Source: Mobula hypostoma
Taxonomy: Eukaryota
DNA length: 60,000 bases
Direction of reading: 5' to 3'
Assembly: GCF_963921235.1 (NCBI RefSeq)
Contig: NC_086108.1
Coordinates: 87,794,001-87,854,000 of the forward strand
Positions 26,428 to 39,600 of this stretch are shown here, piece after piece (within the stretch, counting starts at the first letter, position 1; each line of letters starts with the position of its first letter). Below the pieces are notes generated by a model. The model was not told where the DNA came from and ran no database searches. It saw nothing but the letters and a program-made list of their open reading frames with translations. A program made the translations under genes and the position numbers.

Positions 26428-26465
26428 TAGTCCTGACGAAGGGTCTCGGCCTGAAACGTCGACTG
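26428..26465 (+). ncRNA. Minimal type-I hammerhead ribozyme motif within a Penelope-like element terminus (26424-26530)
   Basis: The sequence is UAGUC-CUGACGA-AGG gucucgg CCU-GAAAC-GUC^-GACUG. It contains the full catalytic core, stem I UAGUC/GACUG, a 3-bp stem II and a palindromic ACGU stem III. Confidence 0.75.
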
Positions 26466-29400
26466 CACCTCTTCCTACAGATGCTGCCTGGCCTGCTGCG
26501 TTCACCAGCAACTTTGATGTGTGTTGCTTTTATAGAGCTGCATCATTACCTCGTGACTCTTAAACTCTATCCCTCGACTTAGGAAAGCTAACTCCCCATA
26601 AGCTTTCTTAACTACCCTGTCTACTTGTGAGGCAACTTTCAGGGATCGGTGAACACGTACCCCCAGATCCCTCTGCTCCTCCACACTACCAAGTATCCTG
26701 CCATTTACTTTGTACTCTGTCTTGGAGTTTGTCCTTCCAAAGTGTACCTCACACTTCTCCAGGTTGAACTCCATCTGCCACTTCTCAGCCCACTTCTGCA
26801 ACCTATCAATGTATCTCTGCAATCTTCGACAATCCTCTACACTATCTAAACACCACCAACCTTTGTGTCGTCTGCAAACTTGCCAACCCACCCTTCTACC
26901 CCCACATCCAGGTTGTTAATAAAAATCACAAAAAGTAGAGGTACCAGAACTGATCCTTGTGGGACACCACTAGTCACAACCCTCCAATCCGAATGTACTC
27001 CCTCCACCACAACCCTCTGCCTTCTGCAGGCAAGCCAATTCTGAATCCACCTGGCCAAACTTCCCTGGATCCCATGCCTTCTGATTTCCTGAATAAGCCT
27101 ACCATATGGAATCTTGCCAAATGCCTTACTAAAATCCATATAGATCACACCCACTGCACTACACTCATCTACATGCCTGGTCACCTCCTCAAAGAACTCT
27201 ATCAGGCTTGTTAGACACGATCTGCCCTTCACAAAGCCATGCTGACTGTCCCTGATCAGACCATGATTCCCTAAATGCCCAAAGATCCTATCTCTAAGAA
27301 TCTTTTCCAACAGCTTTCCCAACACAGACGAAGGCTCACTGGTCTATAATTACCCAGACTATCCCTACTACCTTTTTTGAACAAGGGGACAACATTCACC
27401 TCCGTCCAATCCTCTGATACCATTCTCGTAGACAAGGACATAAAGATCCTAGCCAGAGGCTCAGCAATCTCTTCCCTCGCCTCGTGGAGCAGCCTGGGGA
27501 ATATTCCATCAGGCCCCGGGGACTTATCCATCCTAATGTATTTTAACAACTCCAACACCTCCTCTCCCTTAATATCAACATGCTCCAGAACAACAACTTC
27601 ACTCATATTGTCCTCACCGTCAAGTTCCCTCTCATTGGTGAATACCGAAGAGAAGTATTCATTGAGGACCTCGCTCACTTCCACAGCCTCCGGGCACATC
27701 TTCCCACCTTATCTCTAATCGGTCTTACCTTCACTCCTGTCATCTTTTTGTTCTTTACATAATCAAAGAATGCCTTGGGGTTTTCCTTTACCCTACTCAC
27801 CAAGGCCTTCTCATGCCCCCTTCTTGCTCTTCTCAGCCCCTTCTTAAGCTCCTTTCTTGCTACCCTATATTTCCTCAATAGACCCATCTGATCCTTGCTT
27901 CCTAAACCTCATGTGTGTATGCTGCCTTCTTCCACCTGACTAGATTTTCCACCTCACTTGTCACCCTACCAATCTTTATCTTCCTCACTGGGACAAATTT
28001 ATCCTTAACATCCTGCAAGAGATCCCTAAACATTCACGTGTCCATAGTACAGTTCCCTGCAAAAACATCATCCCAATTCACACCCTTTAAGTTCTAGCCT
28101 TATAGCCTCATAATTTGCCTTTCCCCAATTAAAAGTTTTCCTGTCCTCTCTGATTCTATCCCTTTCCATGATAATGCTGAAGGCCAGGGAGCAGTGGTCA
28201 CTGTCCCCCAGATGCTCACCCACTGAGAGATCTATGACCTGACACGGTTCGTTACCTAATACTAGATCTAGTATGGCATTCCCGAGTCGGCCTGTCAACA
28301 TACTGTGACAAGAATCCGTCCTGAACACACTTAACAAACTCTGCCCCGTCCAAACCCTTGGAGCTAATCAGGTGCCAATCAATATTAGGGAAGTTAAAGT
28401 TACTGATGATAACAACCCTGTTATTTTTTCACCCTTCCAAAATCTGCCTCCCAATCTGCTCCTCGGTATCTCTGCTGCTACCAGGGGGCCTATAGAATAC
28501 TCCCAATAGAGTAACTGCTCCCTTCCTGTTCCTGACTTCCACCCATACCGACTCAAAAGAGGATCCTGCTACATTACCCACCCTTTCTGTAGCTGCAATA
28601 GTATCCCTGACCAATAATGCCACCCCTCCTCCCCTTCCTCCCCCCCCCCCAATCCCTTTTAAAGCACTGAAATCCAGGAATATTGAGAATCCATTCCTGC
28701 CCTGGTGCCAGTCAAGTCTCTGTAATGGCCACTACATCATAATTCCATGTATGTATCCAAGCTCTCAGTTCATCACCTTTGTTCCTGATGCTTCTTGCAT
28801 TGAAGTACATGCACTTTAGCTCTTCTGCCTTCCTACTTTTACACCCTTTATTCTGCTTCTCTTTCCTCAAAGCCTCTCTATATGTTAGATCTGGCTTTAC
28901 TCCATGCACTCCTTTCACTGCTCTATCTGTCTGGATCCCATCCCCCTTGTAAATTAGTTTAAACCCCCCCGAACCATGCTAGCAAACCTACCTGCAACGA
29001 TATTGCTCCCCCTCGAGTTCAGGTGCAACTCATCTAATCTGTATAGGTCCCACCTTCCCCAGAAGAGATCCCAATGATCCAAAAATCTAAAACCCTGCTC
29101 CCTGCACCAACTCCTCAGCCACACATTCAACTGCCATCTCCTCCAATTCTTACCATCACTGTCACGTAGCACTGGCAGCAATCCTGAGAACGCCACCCTT
29201 GAGGTCCTGTTCTTCAGCCTTCTACCTAGTTCCTGAAACTCACACTTCAGGACCTCATCCCTCTTCCTGCCTATGTCATTGGTACCAACATGTATCACGA
29301 TTTCTGGTTGTTTTCCCTCTCGTACCAGGATGTCGTGCACCCGGTCAGAGACATCCTGGACCCTGGCACCTGGGAAGCAACAAACCATGCGGGTGTCCTT

Positions 29401-29779
29401 CTCATGTCCACAAAATCTCCTGTCTGCTCCCCTGACTATAGAGTCTGCAATGATGACAGCTCTCCTCTTCTCCATCCCACCCTTCTGCACCACAGGGTCA
29501 GACTCAGTGCCAGAGGCCCTGCCACTGCAGCTCACACCCGGTTGGTCATCCCTGCCAATCGTATCCAGGACGGTAAGCTTATTATTCAGGGGAATGGCCA
29601 CAGGGGTGTTCTGCACTACCTGTCTACTCACCTTCGCTTCCCCCCCCTGACTGTCACCCAACAACCTGCTTCTGGCAGCCTAGGTATGACTACCTCCCTG
29701 TAGCTCTCATCTATGACTGCCTCATTCTCCCTTACGAGTCAAAGGTCATCCAGCTGCCGTTCCAGATTCCTAACATGGT

Positions 29780-30180
29780 AACAATGCACAGGTAGAACCA
29801 GTTGTGAAGTGGTAGGAGATGGGTAGGGATCAGCAAACTAGAGCATCACAGATAGAAAGCAGAAGTGAATGGGGATGGGAAGATGTGACTGGTGACAGGA
29901 TTCTGTTGCAGCTGACAGAACTGGCAAAAGGATAATGTACTGAACACATTGTCTGGCAGGCTGAAAGTTGAGAACCAAGGGAACTCATCTCTGTACTGAC
30001 AGTGAGCGGTGATGAGTGTGCAGTAATGTGAATGAGGGTTACTTCAACTCTCATGGAGGGGTAGCCATATTCCCTGAAGGATTTTTCCCAAATGTACTGG
30101 GTAAGGCCTCACCTTGACAAACTGCTGGAGGGATGCAGTAGATTCTTTGCTTCTGATTCCATAGACTGTTTGTCACACTC
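29780..30180 (-). mobile_element. Degraded Penelope-like element ORF remnant
   Basis: The minus strand resembles the PLE RT-to-GIY-YIG linker (…FCQLQQNPVTSHIFPSP…). It may continue the PLE-type 3' region at about 22495-22773 on the other side of the CR1 nest. Confidence 0.5.
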
Positions 30181-30365
30181 CATCAGGGAGGAGGCTAGAA
30201 GTGTCCACGCCGGGACAACCACACTCAAAAGCAGTAGGGCTGATTAACACACCACCCACTCCACACTCCCAACCACCACTACTTTATCATTTCCTGTCAG
30301 TCACCTTACATACAGGCATTCTAGTACCCAGCATCACTTTATGGACATATAATCAGTGTTTACAG

Positions 30366-30555
30366 CAGGGGTCGGCAACCTTTTGCCTCTGTGGGCCGGA
30401 TCGCGTATTCATGAGCCGACAGTGGGCCAGATAAATGCTATAAAAAACGTGAAATATGGGAATTATCCATTTAAATACATCTAGTTATGTTTTGCCTCAA
30501 ATGAATGAATAACGCATGCTAGAAAATCATTTGTGCTTAAGGTTGCCTACCCCTG
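30366..30555. mobile_element. hAT MITE (190 bp)
   Basis: The TIRs are caggggtcggcaacc / ggttgcctacccctg, and the 8-bp TSD is gtttacag/gtttacaa. Confidence 0.85.
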
Positions 30556-30810
30556 GTTTACAAGTTACCTTACTTGTGCTGCATCAAATCCACAGTAACA
30601 ATTATTTCATTCTCCTTTACACTAGCGCACTGGAAATGGAAATTTGGCATGGTAAGATGTGGAGCAAAACACTGGGGGGGTCAGAGATTATGGTGAATTT
30701 AACATCACTTGTGATGACCCATTGCACATCACAGTTTTATCCAATTGAGTATATTCAAAATTTACTCCAGTCAGTGAAGTCCTGGTGCCTCTAAGGGGTG
30801 GGAGTGATTT

Positions 30811-31502
30811 TAGAAACATAGAAAATAGGTGCAGGAGTAGGCCATTCGGCCCTTCGAGCCTGCACCGCCATTTATTATGATCATGGCTGATCATCCAACT
30901 CAGAACCCCGCCCCAGCCTTCCCTCCATACCCTCTGACCCCTGTAGCCACAAGGGCCATATCTAACTCCCTCTTAAACATAGCCAATGAACTGGCCTCAA
31001 CAGTTTGCTGTGGCAGAGAATTCCACAGATTCACCACTCTCTGTGTGAAGAAGTTTTTCCTAATCTCGGTCCTGAAAGGCTTCCCCTCTATCCTCAAACT
31101 GTGACCCCTCGTTCTGGACTTCCCCAACATCGGGAACAATCTTCCTGCATCTAGCCTGTCCAATCCCTTTAGGATCTTATACGTTTCAATCAGATCCCCC
31201 CTCAATCTTCTAAATTCCAACGAGTACAAGCCCAGTTCATCCAGTCTTTCTTCATATGAAAGTCCTGCCATCCCAGGAATCAATCTGGTGAACCTTCTTT
31301 GTACTCCCTCTATGGCAAGGATGTCTTTCCTCAGATTAGGGGACCAAAACTGCACACAATACTCCAGGTGTGGTCTCACCAAGGCCTTGTACAACTGCAG
31401 TAGTACCTCCCTGCTCCTGTACTCGAATCCTCTCGCTATAAATGCCAGCATACCATTCGCCTTTTTCACCGCCTGCTGTACCTGCATGCCCACTTTCAAT
31501 GA
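30811..31502 (-). mobile_element. Young CR1 (subfamily A) 3' fragment with an uninterrupted ORF2 C-terminus
   Basis: The ORF at 30900-31514 is open through to GKAGAGF*. The sequence is almost identical to 23158-23848, and gaaaca is repeated at both flanks. Confidence 0.95.
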
Positions 31503-33395
31503 AACAAAATGCATTAATTTTTTTTAAATCTTGGAAACTTAAATTAAAACATTCAGCATTTCTCCATGTACAGCTGGCATCTCTTCACATATGATGGCAA
31601 CCTTACATCAATGGGGATTCAATTATTCTAACATAAAATTGGATAAGAAACATGTATTCTCCGATACCTCTCAGGTACAGGAATTAACACAAATGAGATT
31701 ATGTGAAACAAAATTCCACAGTGGCAACAGATTTTAAAAAATCACTAATAAAGAGGAATAACAGATAATTCAAAGGATAAGCCTCTGCACTTGAAATGTG
31801 AGCTGTAATAAAGCAAGCCAGCAGACGATCCCTATTCTACTAAATATAAAAACACACACATTGAGTTTTGAAATTGAGTTTATTTCAGTGTCAGAGAATT
31901 CCTATTGAAACTTGCTCCTGTGATATCATAATCCCAGAGATTTTCCTTCACTGTTTTTTTTTTCTCACGGGGATCTGTTTTAACTGTCTGAAAGTGATTT
32001 GCAAAGAACTAAAGATGTAGCTGTACTGCTTTAAGCATTGTACTTAAAACTCTAATAGAGCTCTATAACTGAGGTATGCCATCAGCAATTTATCCCCAAG
32101 GACAGCTTCACATGACGCTCATCACCACAGACAGCTGGCACCTACCGCAAGGGGGGAAGATGTGTACAAAGCATCAACCCAACTCCTTTATCTGCAGCCT
32201 TGGGTTGGGATAGTAAACAGAAGATTAAGGTCATTCTGAACAAAGTAATGAGGAATATGTGAGCAATACTAATTGATCAGCACCTGTGAACAGTGAAGTC
32301 TTTTTTCCAAAAAAGATTGGTGTCTGCTATGCAAGTACGTAGCTAGTTGTAGTCACAGTATCCATCTCAGTAGACCTCGCCAGCATTCAACTACGACACG
32401 CTGCAGAGTTTTGAGAACCCTCTCTCATTTGGCATATTGTTCAGTCCCCAGTAATAACAGATCAAAAGGAAAAGAGCTACTCATGGGTTTCACCATCTAC
32501 AGGATATCTAGCAAGTCAGAAAAGGATTTTAACTGACTGTCCTCTCTGCCCCAAAACATTAATAAAATCTGATCCCTGCTGTATGGTAAACATTAACACT
32601 GTCCCACTAGGCAGCCATTTCTTTTAAATATTGTGATTTCCTTCCTTCCCAAAATGTACAGTAACAGTGGTAGATTAAAGCAAATAAAAATTTGTAAAAT
32701 AACTAATTATATTTAGTATGTTACATATATTGATGGAGACTGATGCTTTTTTTTAAACTAGGCATTATAAATTAATAAAGACAGACCCAACCAAGTGGGC
32801 CATTTCAGAGCACTCTGACATAACTTTCAACTGCACAGCATGATGGTGGGTAGTATCAACAGCATTATGGGTTTAATTGCAGGTTTTCAGAGGAAGGGTT
32901 AAAAGGCAACACCATTACACATTTAGTTCTTTGCAGATCTGGAGGAATTATTACATCCAACACTGGTAGAGTGGGATAAAAGGCTGAAAAATTCCACATT
33001 CAACCTTCTCTAAATAGAGCACATCCAAGACTAGCCTCAAACACAGACCAGCACTGATCTGGCCTTTTAGTCAGAGGCGTAGATGTTCCTCTCCCATGTC
33101 ATACAGTCTGCATTATCCTTGCACTTCCAATGTCAATTAAACCAGTGCAATGATTCCAAACAAATTCCAGACTTGATTAACCACAAGCCATTTGTTAATT
33201 ACACAGGATCCTTAAAACATTAGGTCAGACTTCTTTCCCCAGGTTAAATGCCAACAGGGTGCCAAAGTGATTAATCGGCTGCATGAAATTCTCAAGTCAA
33301 GTTCAAAACCGGATACTTGCTGCGCCCACCCTCCTGAAAACGTTCCAAAACACAAAAATACAATAATCGGCATTTATTAAAAAAGTTATTCGTTA

Positions 33396-33680
33396 TTACT
33401 TTGTCTTCACTTTCCCATTCATCACCTCCCCATTTTCCAGCAAGTGCCCACCGTTTTCTGCTACTGGCTTGCCATTCTTCACAGCTGCTTTGCGTTTGTG
33501 CTCCGTGTTCTTGGGCAACCTCTTGCCTTTGGTGTAGGCCTGGTACCAGAAATTGGAAAAAAGGATGAAGAAAAATGTTCCATACATCCACACAAGATGG
33601 ATGATAATGGGGAACTGGTAATCACAATGATCCATGAAGTAGTACTGGGTGACATGCAGTGAGACAACAATGAATTGGAC
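33396..33680 (-). CDS. ELOVL1: ELOVL fatty acid elongase 1, terminal coding exon
   Basis: After tttcAG it reads [56 protein letters not shown]...GKVKTK*. IIHLxWMYGT and FSNFW are ELOVL1-like rather than ELOVL7-like, the end carries a KxKxx ER signal, and MED8 is adjacent. Confidence 0.93.
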   Translation of the reverse strand, partial: VQFIVVSLHVTQYYFMDHCDYQFPIIIHLVWMYGTFFFILFSNFWYQAYTKGKRLPKNTEHKRKAAVKNGKPVAENGGHLLENGEVMNGKVKTK

Positions 33681-33859
33681 CTGAAAGATAGGGAAAAGGA
33701 AAAGGTAAAATGTTAAACACGTGCTACAATAGTCACAGGATAGTATACCAACAGGAACCAGTTGAACTCAGAAGGACAAATTTATCCCCCTCAGCAGAGA
33801 TTAATACAGATATTAGGCTCAATATTGTTTTCACTACTGAAAGTTGTTTCAATGTTTGA

Positions 33860-36800
33860 TCAAACAAGTACAGCACACTACAGGCCCTACAGCCCACAAT
33901 GTTGTGCTGATCTTTTAACCTACTCTAAGATTAATCTAAACCTTCCTTCCTATACAGCACTACATTTTTCTTTCATCATGTGCCTATCTAAGAGTCGTTT
34001 AAATGTCCCTTATGTATCTGCCTCTACCACCAACCCGGCAGTGAGCTCCATGCACTTACCACTGTGTTATTAAAAACCTACTTCAACATCCCCTATACTT
34101 TCCTCCAATAGCTTAAAATTATGCTCTCGCATTTTAGCCGCCATCACCACCCTTTGAAATAGGCACTGAAGAAAGGCTCTATGTCTCTTATCATCTTATA
34201 CATCCCAATCAGGTCTCCTCTCATCCCCCTCTTTTCCAAAGAGAAAAGCCCAAGCTCATTCAACCTTTCCTCATAAATCATGTCCTCCAATCCAGTCAGC
34301 ATGCTGGTAAATCTCTACACCCTCTCAAAAGATCCACATCCTACCTATAATGAGGCAACCAGAACTGAAGTTTAATCAGAGTTTAATAGTGCTGCAACAC
34401 TACCTCATGGCTCTTGAACACAGCCCCAACCAATGAAAGTCAACACGTCATACACTTTCTTAACCACCCTATCAGCTTCTGTGGTAACTTTGAGGGATCG
34501 ATGGACATGCACCCCAAGATCCCTCGGTTCATACTCTGCTTTCAAGATTGACACTTCACACTTCTCGAGATTGAAATCTATCTGCCACTTCTTAGCCAGC
34601 TCTGCATTCTATCAATATCCCATTGTAACCTACAACAACCTGCTACACTGTCCACAGCTCCACCAACTTTTGTGTCATCTGCAAATTCACTAACTTATCC
34701 TTTCACTTCCTCATCTTAGTCACAAGGAGCAGGGGTCCAAGAACAGATCCTTGTAGAACACCACTAATCACCAAACTCCAGGCAGAAAACGCTCCATCTA
34801 CAACCACCCTCTGCCTTCTTTTGGAAAGCCAGTTCTGAATCCACACAACCAAGTTTCACAGAATCCAACTCCTCCTGACTTTCTGAATGAGTCTACCATA
34901 GGAAACCTTGTCGAACACTTTATTAAAATCCATATACACCACATCCACCATTATCTTCAATTTGCTTTGCATGTCCTCAGGGAATACAATCAGCCTTATC
35001 AGGCACAAATTGGACATCACAAATCCATATTGACTATCCCTAATCAGACTATGCATCTCCAAATGCTGGTAGATCCTGTCTCTAAGAATCCTTTCCAATA
35101 GTTTCCCTGCCACTGATATAAGGTTCACTTGTCTGCAATTCCCAGGATCATCCCTATTACCTTTCTTGAATAAAGAAATAACATTTGCTTCTCTCCAATA
35201 AGACCACAAGACATAGGAGCAGAATTAAGCCATTCAGCCCATCAAGTCTGCTCCGCTATTTCATCATGGCTGATCCTGGATCCCACTCAACCGCATACAC
35301 CTGTCTTCTTGCCATCTCCTTTGGTGCCCTGACCGATCAGGAAACAATCAATTTCCGCTTCAGATATGCTCACAAACTTGGCCTCCACCGCAGTCTGTGG
35401 CAGAGCATTCCACAGATTCACTACACTCTGGCTAAAAAAAATTTCTCCTTCCTTCTGTTCTAAAAGGTCACCTCTCAACTTTGAGGCTGTGCCTTCTAGT
35501 TCTGGATATCCCCACCATAGGAGAAATCACTCCACAACCACACTGTCTAGTCCTTTTAACATTTGGTGGGTTTCAATACGATTCCCCCACATTTATCTAA
35601 ACTCCAGTGAGTATAGGCCCAAAGCATCAAATGCTCCTCATATGCTACCACCTTCACTCCTAGAATCATCCTCGTGAACCTCCCATAGACTATCTCCAAT
35701 GACAACACATCCTTTCTGAGATATGGGACCCAAAATTGTTCACAATTCTCCAAGTGCAGCTTCACAAACATCTTTATAAAGCCTCAACATTATCTACTTG
35801 CTTTGATATTCTACTCCCCTTGAAATAAATGCTAATATTGCATTTGCCTCCTTTACCACAGACTTAACCTGTAAATTAACCTTCTAGGGAGTCTTACACA
35901 AAGACTCCCAACTCCCTCTGCACCTCTAATATTTGAACCTTCTTCCCATGTAGATAATAGTCCACACTATTGTTTCTTTTATAAAATGCATTATCATATA
36001 CCATTTGTATTTCCCAACACTGTATTCCATCTGCCACTTTATTTCCCATTCTTCCAATTTGTCCAGGTCCTGCTGCAATCACATTGCTTCCTCAGCACTA
36101 CCTACCCCTCTATCCATCTCTGTATTATCACAAACTTTGCCACAAAGCCATCAATTCCATTATCTAAATCACTGACACACAATGGGAAAAGTAGCTGTCC
36201 CAATACTGACCCCTGAGGAACACCACTAGTCACTGGCAGCCAACCAGAAAAGGCCCCTTTTATTCCACTCGCCGCCTCCTGCCTGTCAGCCATTCCTCTA
36301 TACACGCCAGTATCTTTCCTGTAAAGCCACAGGATTTTATCTGGTTAAGCAACCTCATGTATGGCACCTTGTCAAATGCCTTCTGAAGATCCAAGTAAAT
36401 AACATTCACTGCCTCTCCTTTGTCCACCCTGCTTGTTACTTCCTCGAAGAACTCTAACGGATTTGTCAGGCAAAATTTCCCTATTCCCAGAAATTTCGGT
36501 CATTTCTGCTCTGCCGTCATCCCTGGCGGTGTCCTCCTCCAATCCACCTGGGCAATGTCATTATCCTCATTCCACGCCTTTTCCAGCTCCCTCTGCAAAC
36601 TCAGCCCTACATCTTGACTACTATATGGAGGCCTATATATATGATTCCCATTTTTGTTTTTAACCCTTGCAGTTTCTTAACTCTACCCACAAAGCTTCAA
36701 CATTCTCTGATCCTAGGTCACCTCTTTCTAACGATGTAATTCCATCTCTTAGTGACAGAGCCACACCACCACCTGTGCCTTCCTGCCTGTCCTTTTGATA

Positions 36801-39600
36801 CGAAGTATATCCTTTGATGTTAAGCACCCAACTATGACTTTCTTTCGGCCACGACTCAGTGATGCCCACAACGTCACAACCTATCTCTAATTGCGCCATG
36901 TGTTCATCCAGCTCATTCCACATGCTACACGCATTTAAATACAGCAACTTCAATCCCGTATTCTTAGCCTTTTTGAAGTTTGCCTCTGTGCTACAATTTA
37001 ACTCTTTATTGTCTGCATTTGTACACAATCATCGGCTTATCCCTCCTTACATTCATGTTACATTCATCATCTACATGTAAACCTGCAGGCTCATCCTCAG
37101 CTCTACCATACTGGTTCCCATTCCCCTGCCATATTAGTTCAAACCACCCCCAACAGCTCAAATAAACCTGCCCGCAAGAATGTCGGTTCCCCTTGGATTC
37201 AAGTGCAACAGGCCCTCTTGTTCAGGTCCCACCTGTGCCAGAAGAGGTCCCAATTATCCACAAACCTGAATCCCTGCCCCCTGCTTCAATTATTCAGCCA
37301 TGTATTGATCTGCCATCTCATTCTATTCCTATCCTCACTGTTGCGTGGCAGAGGCAGCAATCCCGACATCACTACCCTTGAGGTCCTGCTTCTCAGCTTC
37401 TAACCTAACTCCCAGTATTCTTCTTTCAGGACTTCCTCCCATTTTCTACCTCTGTTGTTGGTACCAATATGTTCCAAGACTTCTAGCTGCTTACCTTCAA
37501 TCTTCTGGTACTACTCCTGTAGCTAGTGAGGGCACAAAGCCCACCGCCAAAAGCTCAGTAGTCTCTTTTTTTGCTTCCGATAGCTACCTGGGGTATATCG
37601 CAGGACTTATCTAGCCTAATATTTTTCAAAACTTCCAGCACATTCTCTTTTTTAACCTTGAGATGTTCCACCAAATGAGTGTGTTATTGGCTGATCTCTC
37701 ATTTTGTAAACATCCCTCTAACAAAGTATTCCTTAAGGACTTTTTCTAACTCCAGGCACATTTCTTCTTTGTTCCCCTGATCAGTCCTACTCTCTGGTCT
37801 AGTCATCCTCCTGTTTTTCACATACTGTACATGGAGAACACCTTGCGGATTTCCTTAATCCTACACACCAAGGACTTTTCATGTCATCTTCGAGGTCTCC
37901 CAAGTTCCTTATGTTCCTTATTAAAGCCCTGTCTGATCCTTCTGATCCATGCTCAGGAAGCTTAATGGTCTGAGGGTGGATAAATCTCCTGGACTTGATG
38001 GAATGTTCTCTTTGATTCTGAAGGAAGCAGCTGGAGAGCTTGTGGAGGCATTAACAATGATCTTTCAAAAACAGATAGATTCTGGTATTGTACCGGATGA
38101 CTGGAAAATTGCAAATGCTACTCCGCTATTTAAGAAGGGTGGGAGGCAGTAGAAAGGAAACTATAGACCTGTTAGCCTGACATCAGTGATTCGGAAGTTG
38201 TTGGTATCGATTGTTAGGGATGAGATTACAGAGAACCTGGAGGCACCTGACAGGATAGGCCAAAGCCAGCATGGTTTCCAGAAAGAAAAATCTTGCCTGA
38301 CTAACCTACTGCAGTTTTTTGAGGAAGTTACAAACAGGGTAGACAAAGGAGCTGCAATAGATGTGATGCACTTGGATTTTCAGAAGGTCTTTGACAAGGT
38401 GCCACACATGAGGCTGCTTAGAGCCCATGGAATTACAGAGAAGTTACTAGCCTGGGTGGAACTTTGGCTGGTCGGCAGAAAACAGAGTGGGAATAAAGGG
38501 ATCCTATTCTGGCTGGCTGCAGGTTACCAGTGGAGTTCCAAAGGGATTGGTGTTGGGACACTGCTTTTTATGATGTATGTCAACGATGTGCACTACGCGA
38601 TTAATGGACTTCGGCTAAATTTGCCGATAATACAAAGATAGGTGGAGAAACAGGTAGTGTTGAGGAAACAGAGAGCCTGTAGAGAAACTTAGATAGTTTA
38701 GGGGAATGGGCAAAGAAGTAGCAAATGAAATACAATGTTGGAAAGTGTATGGTTATGCACTTTGGCAGAAGAAAGAAACGGGCAGACTATTATTTAAATG
38801 GGGAGAGAATTCAAAGTTCTGAGATGCAACGGGACTTGGGAGTCCTCGTGCAGAATACCCTTAATGTTAACCTCCAGGTTGAGTCAGTGGTGAAGAAGGT
38901 GAATACAATGTTGGCATTCATTTCTAGAGGTATAGAATATAACAGCAGGGCTGTGATGTTGAGGCTCTATAAGGCACTTATGAGACCACACTTGGAGTAG
39001 TGTGTGCAGTTTTGGGCTCCTTAGTTTAGAAAGGATATACTGACATTGAAGAGGGTTCAGAGAAGATTCACGAGAATGATTCCAGGAATGAAAGGGTTAC
39101 CGTATGAGGAATATCTGGCAACTCTTGGGCTGTATTCCCTGGAGTTCAGGAGAATGAGGGGAGGGGCATCTAATAGAAACATTCCAAATGTTAAAAGGCC
39201 TGAACAGTTATTTCCTGTGACAGGGGAGTCTAGGACAACAGGGCATGACTTCAGGATTGAAGGACATCCATTTAGAACAGAGATGCAAAGAAATTACTTT
39301 AGTCAGAGGGTGGTAAATCTGTGGAATTTGTTGCCACAAGTGGCTCTGAAGTCCAAGTCATCGGGTGCATTTAAGGCAGAGATAGATAGGTTCTTAATTA
39401 GCCAGGGCATCAAAGGGTATGGGGAGAAGGCAGGGGAGTAGGGATGACTGGAAGAATTGGATCAGCCATGCTTCTGCTCCTATATCTTATGGTCTTCCTA
39501 AACCTTAAATAAGTTTCCTTCTTCCACTTGATTAGATGCTCCACTTCTCTTGTCAACCATGGGTCCTTCACTCTACCATCCTATCCCTGCCTCAATAGAG
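33860..39600 (-). mobile_element. Old CR1 (33860-35197, 37497-37945, 39498-39600) split by two later CR1 insertions
   Basis: Colinear RT segments resume after each insertion. The inserted copy at about 35198-37497 is on the - strand, internally deleted, and includes APE and the ORF1 end. Confidence 0.7.
37950..39497 (+). mobile_element. CR1 RT and 3' end
   Basis: It encodes DKSPG, QHGF, LDFQKVFDKVPH and QRVVNLWN with several stops, and ends in a tcttatggtctt tail. Confidence 0.9.

Larger units (their letters stand above)
22774..29775 (-). mobile_element. Near full-length CR1 (subfamily B), disrupted and interrupted at 23158-26530
   Basis: The 3' tail is at 22774, RT/APE fragments span 26531-28920, and ORF1 28954-29664 has SGNH motifs (IADSIVRG, IHVGTND, DELHLN). 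Confidence 0.88.
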
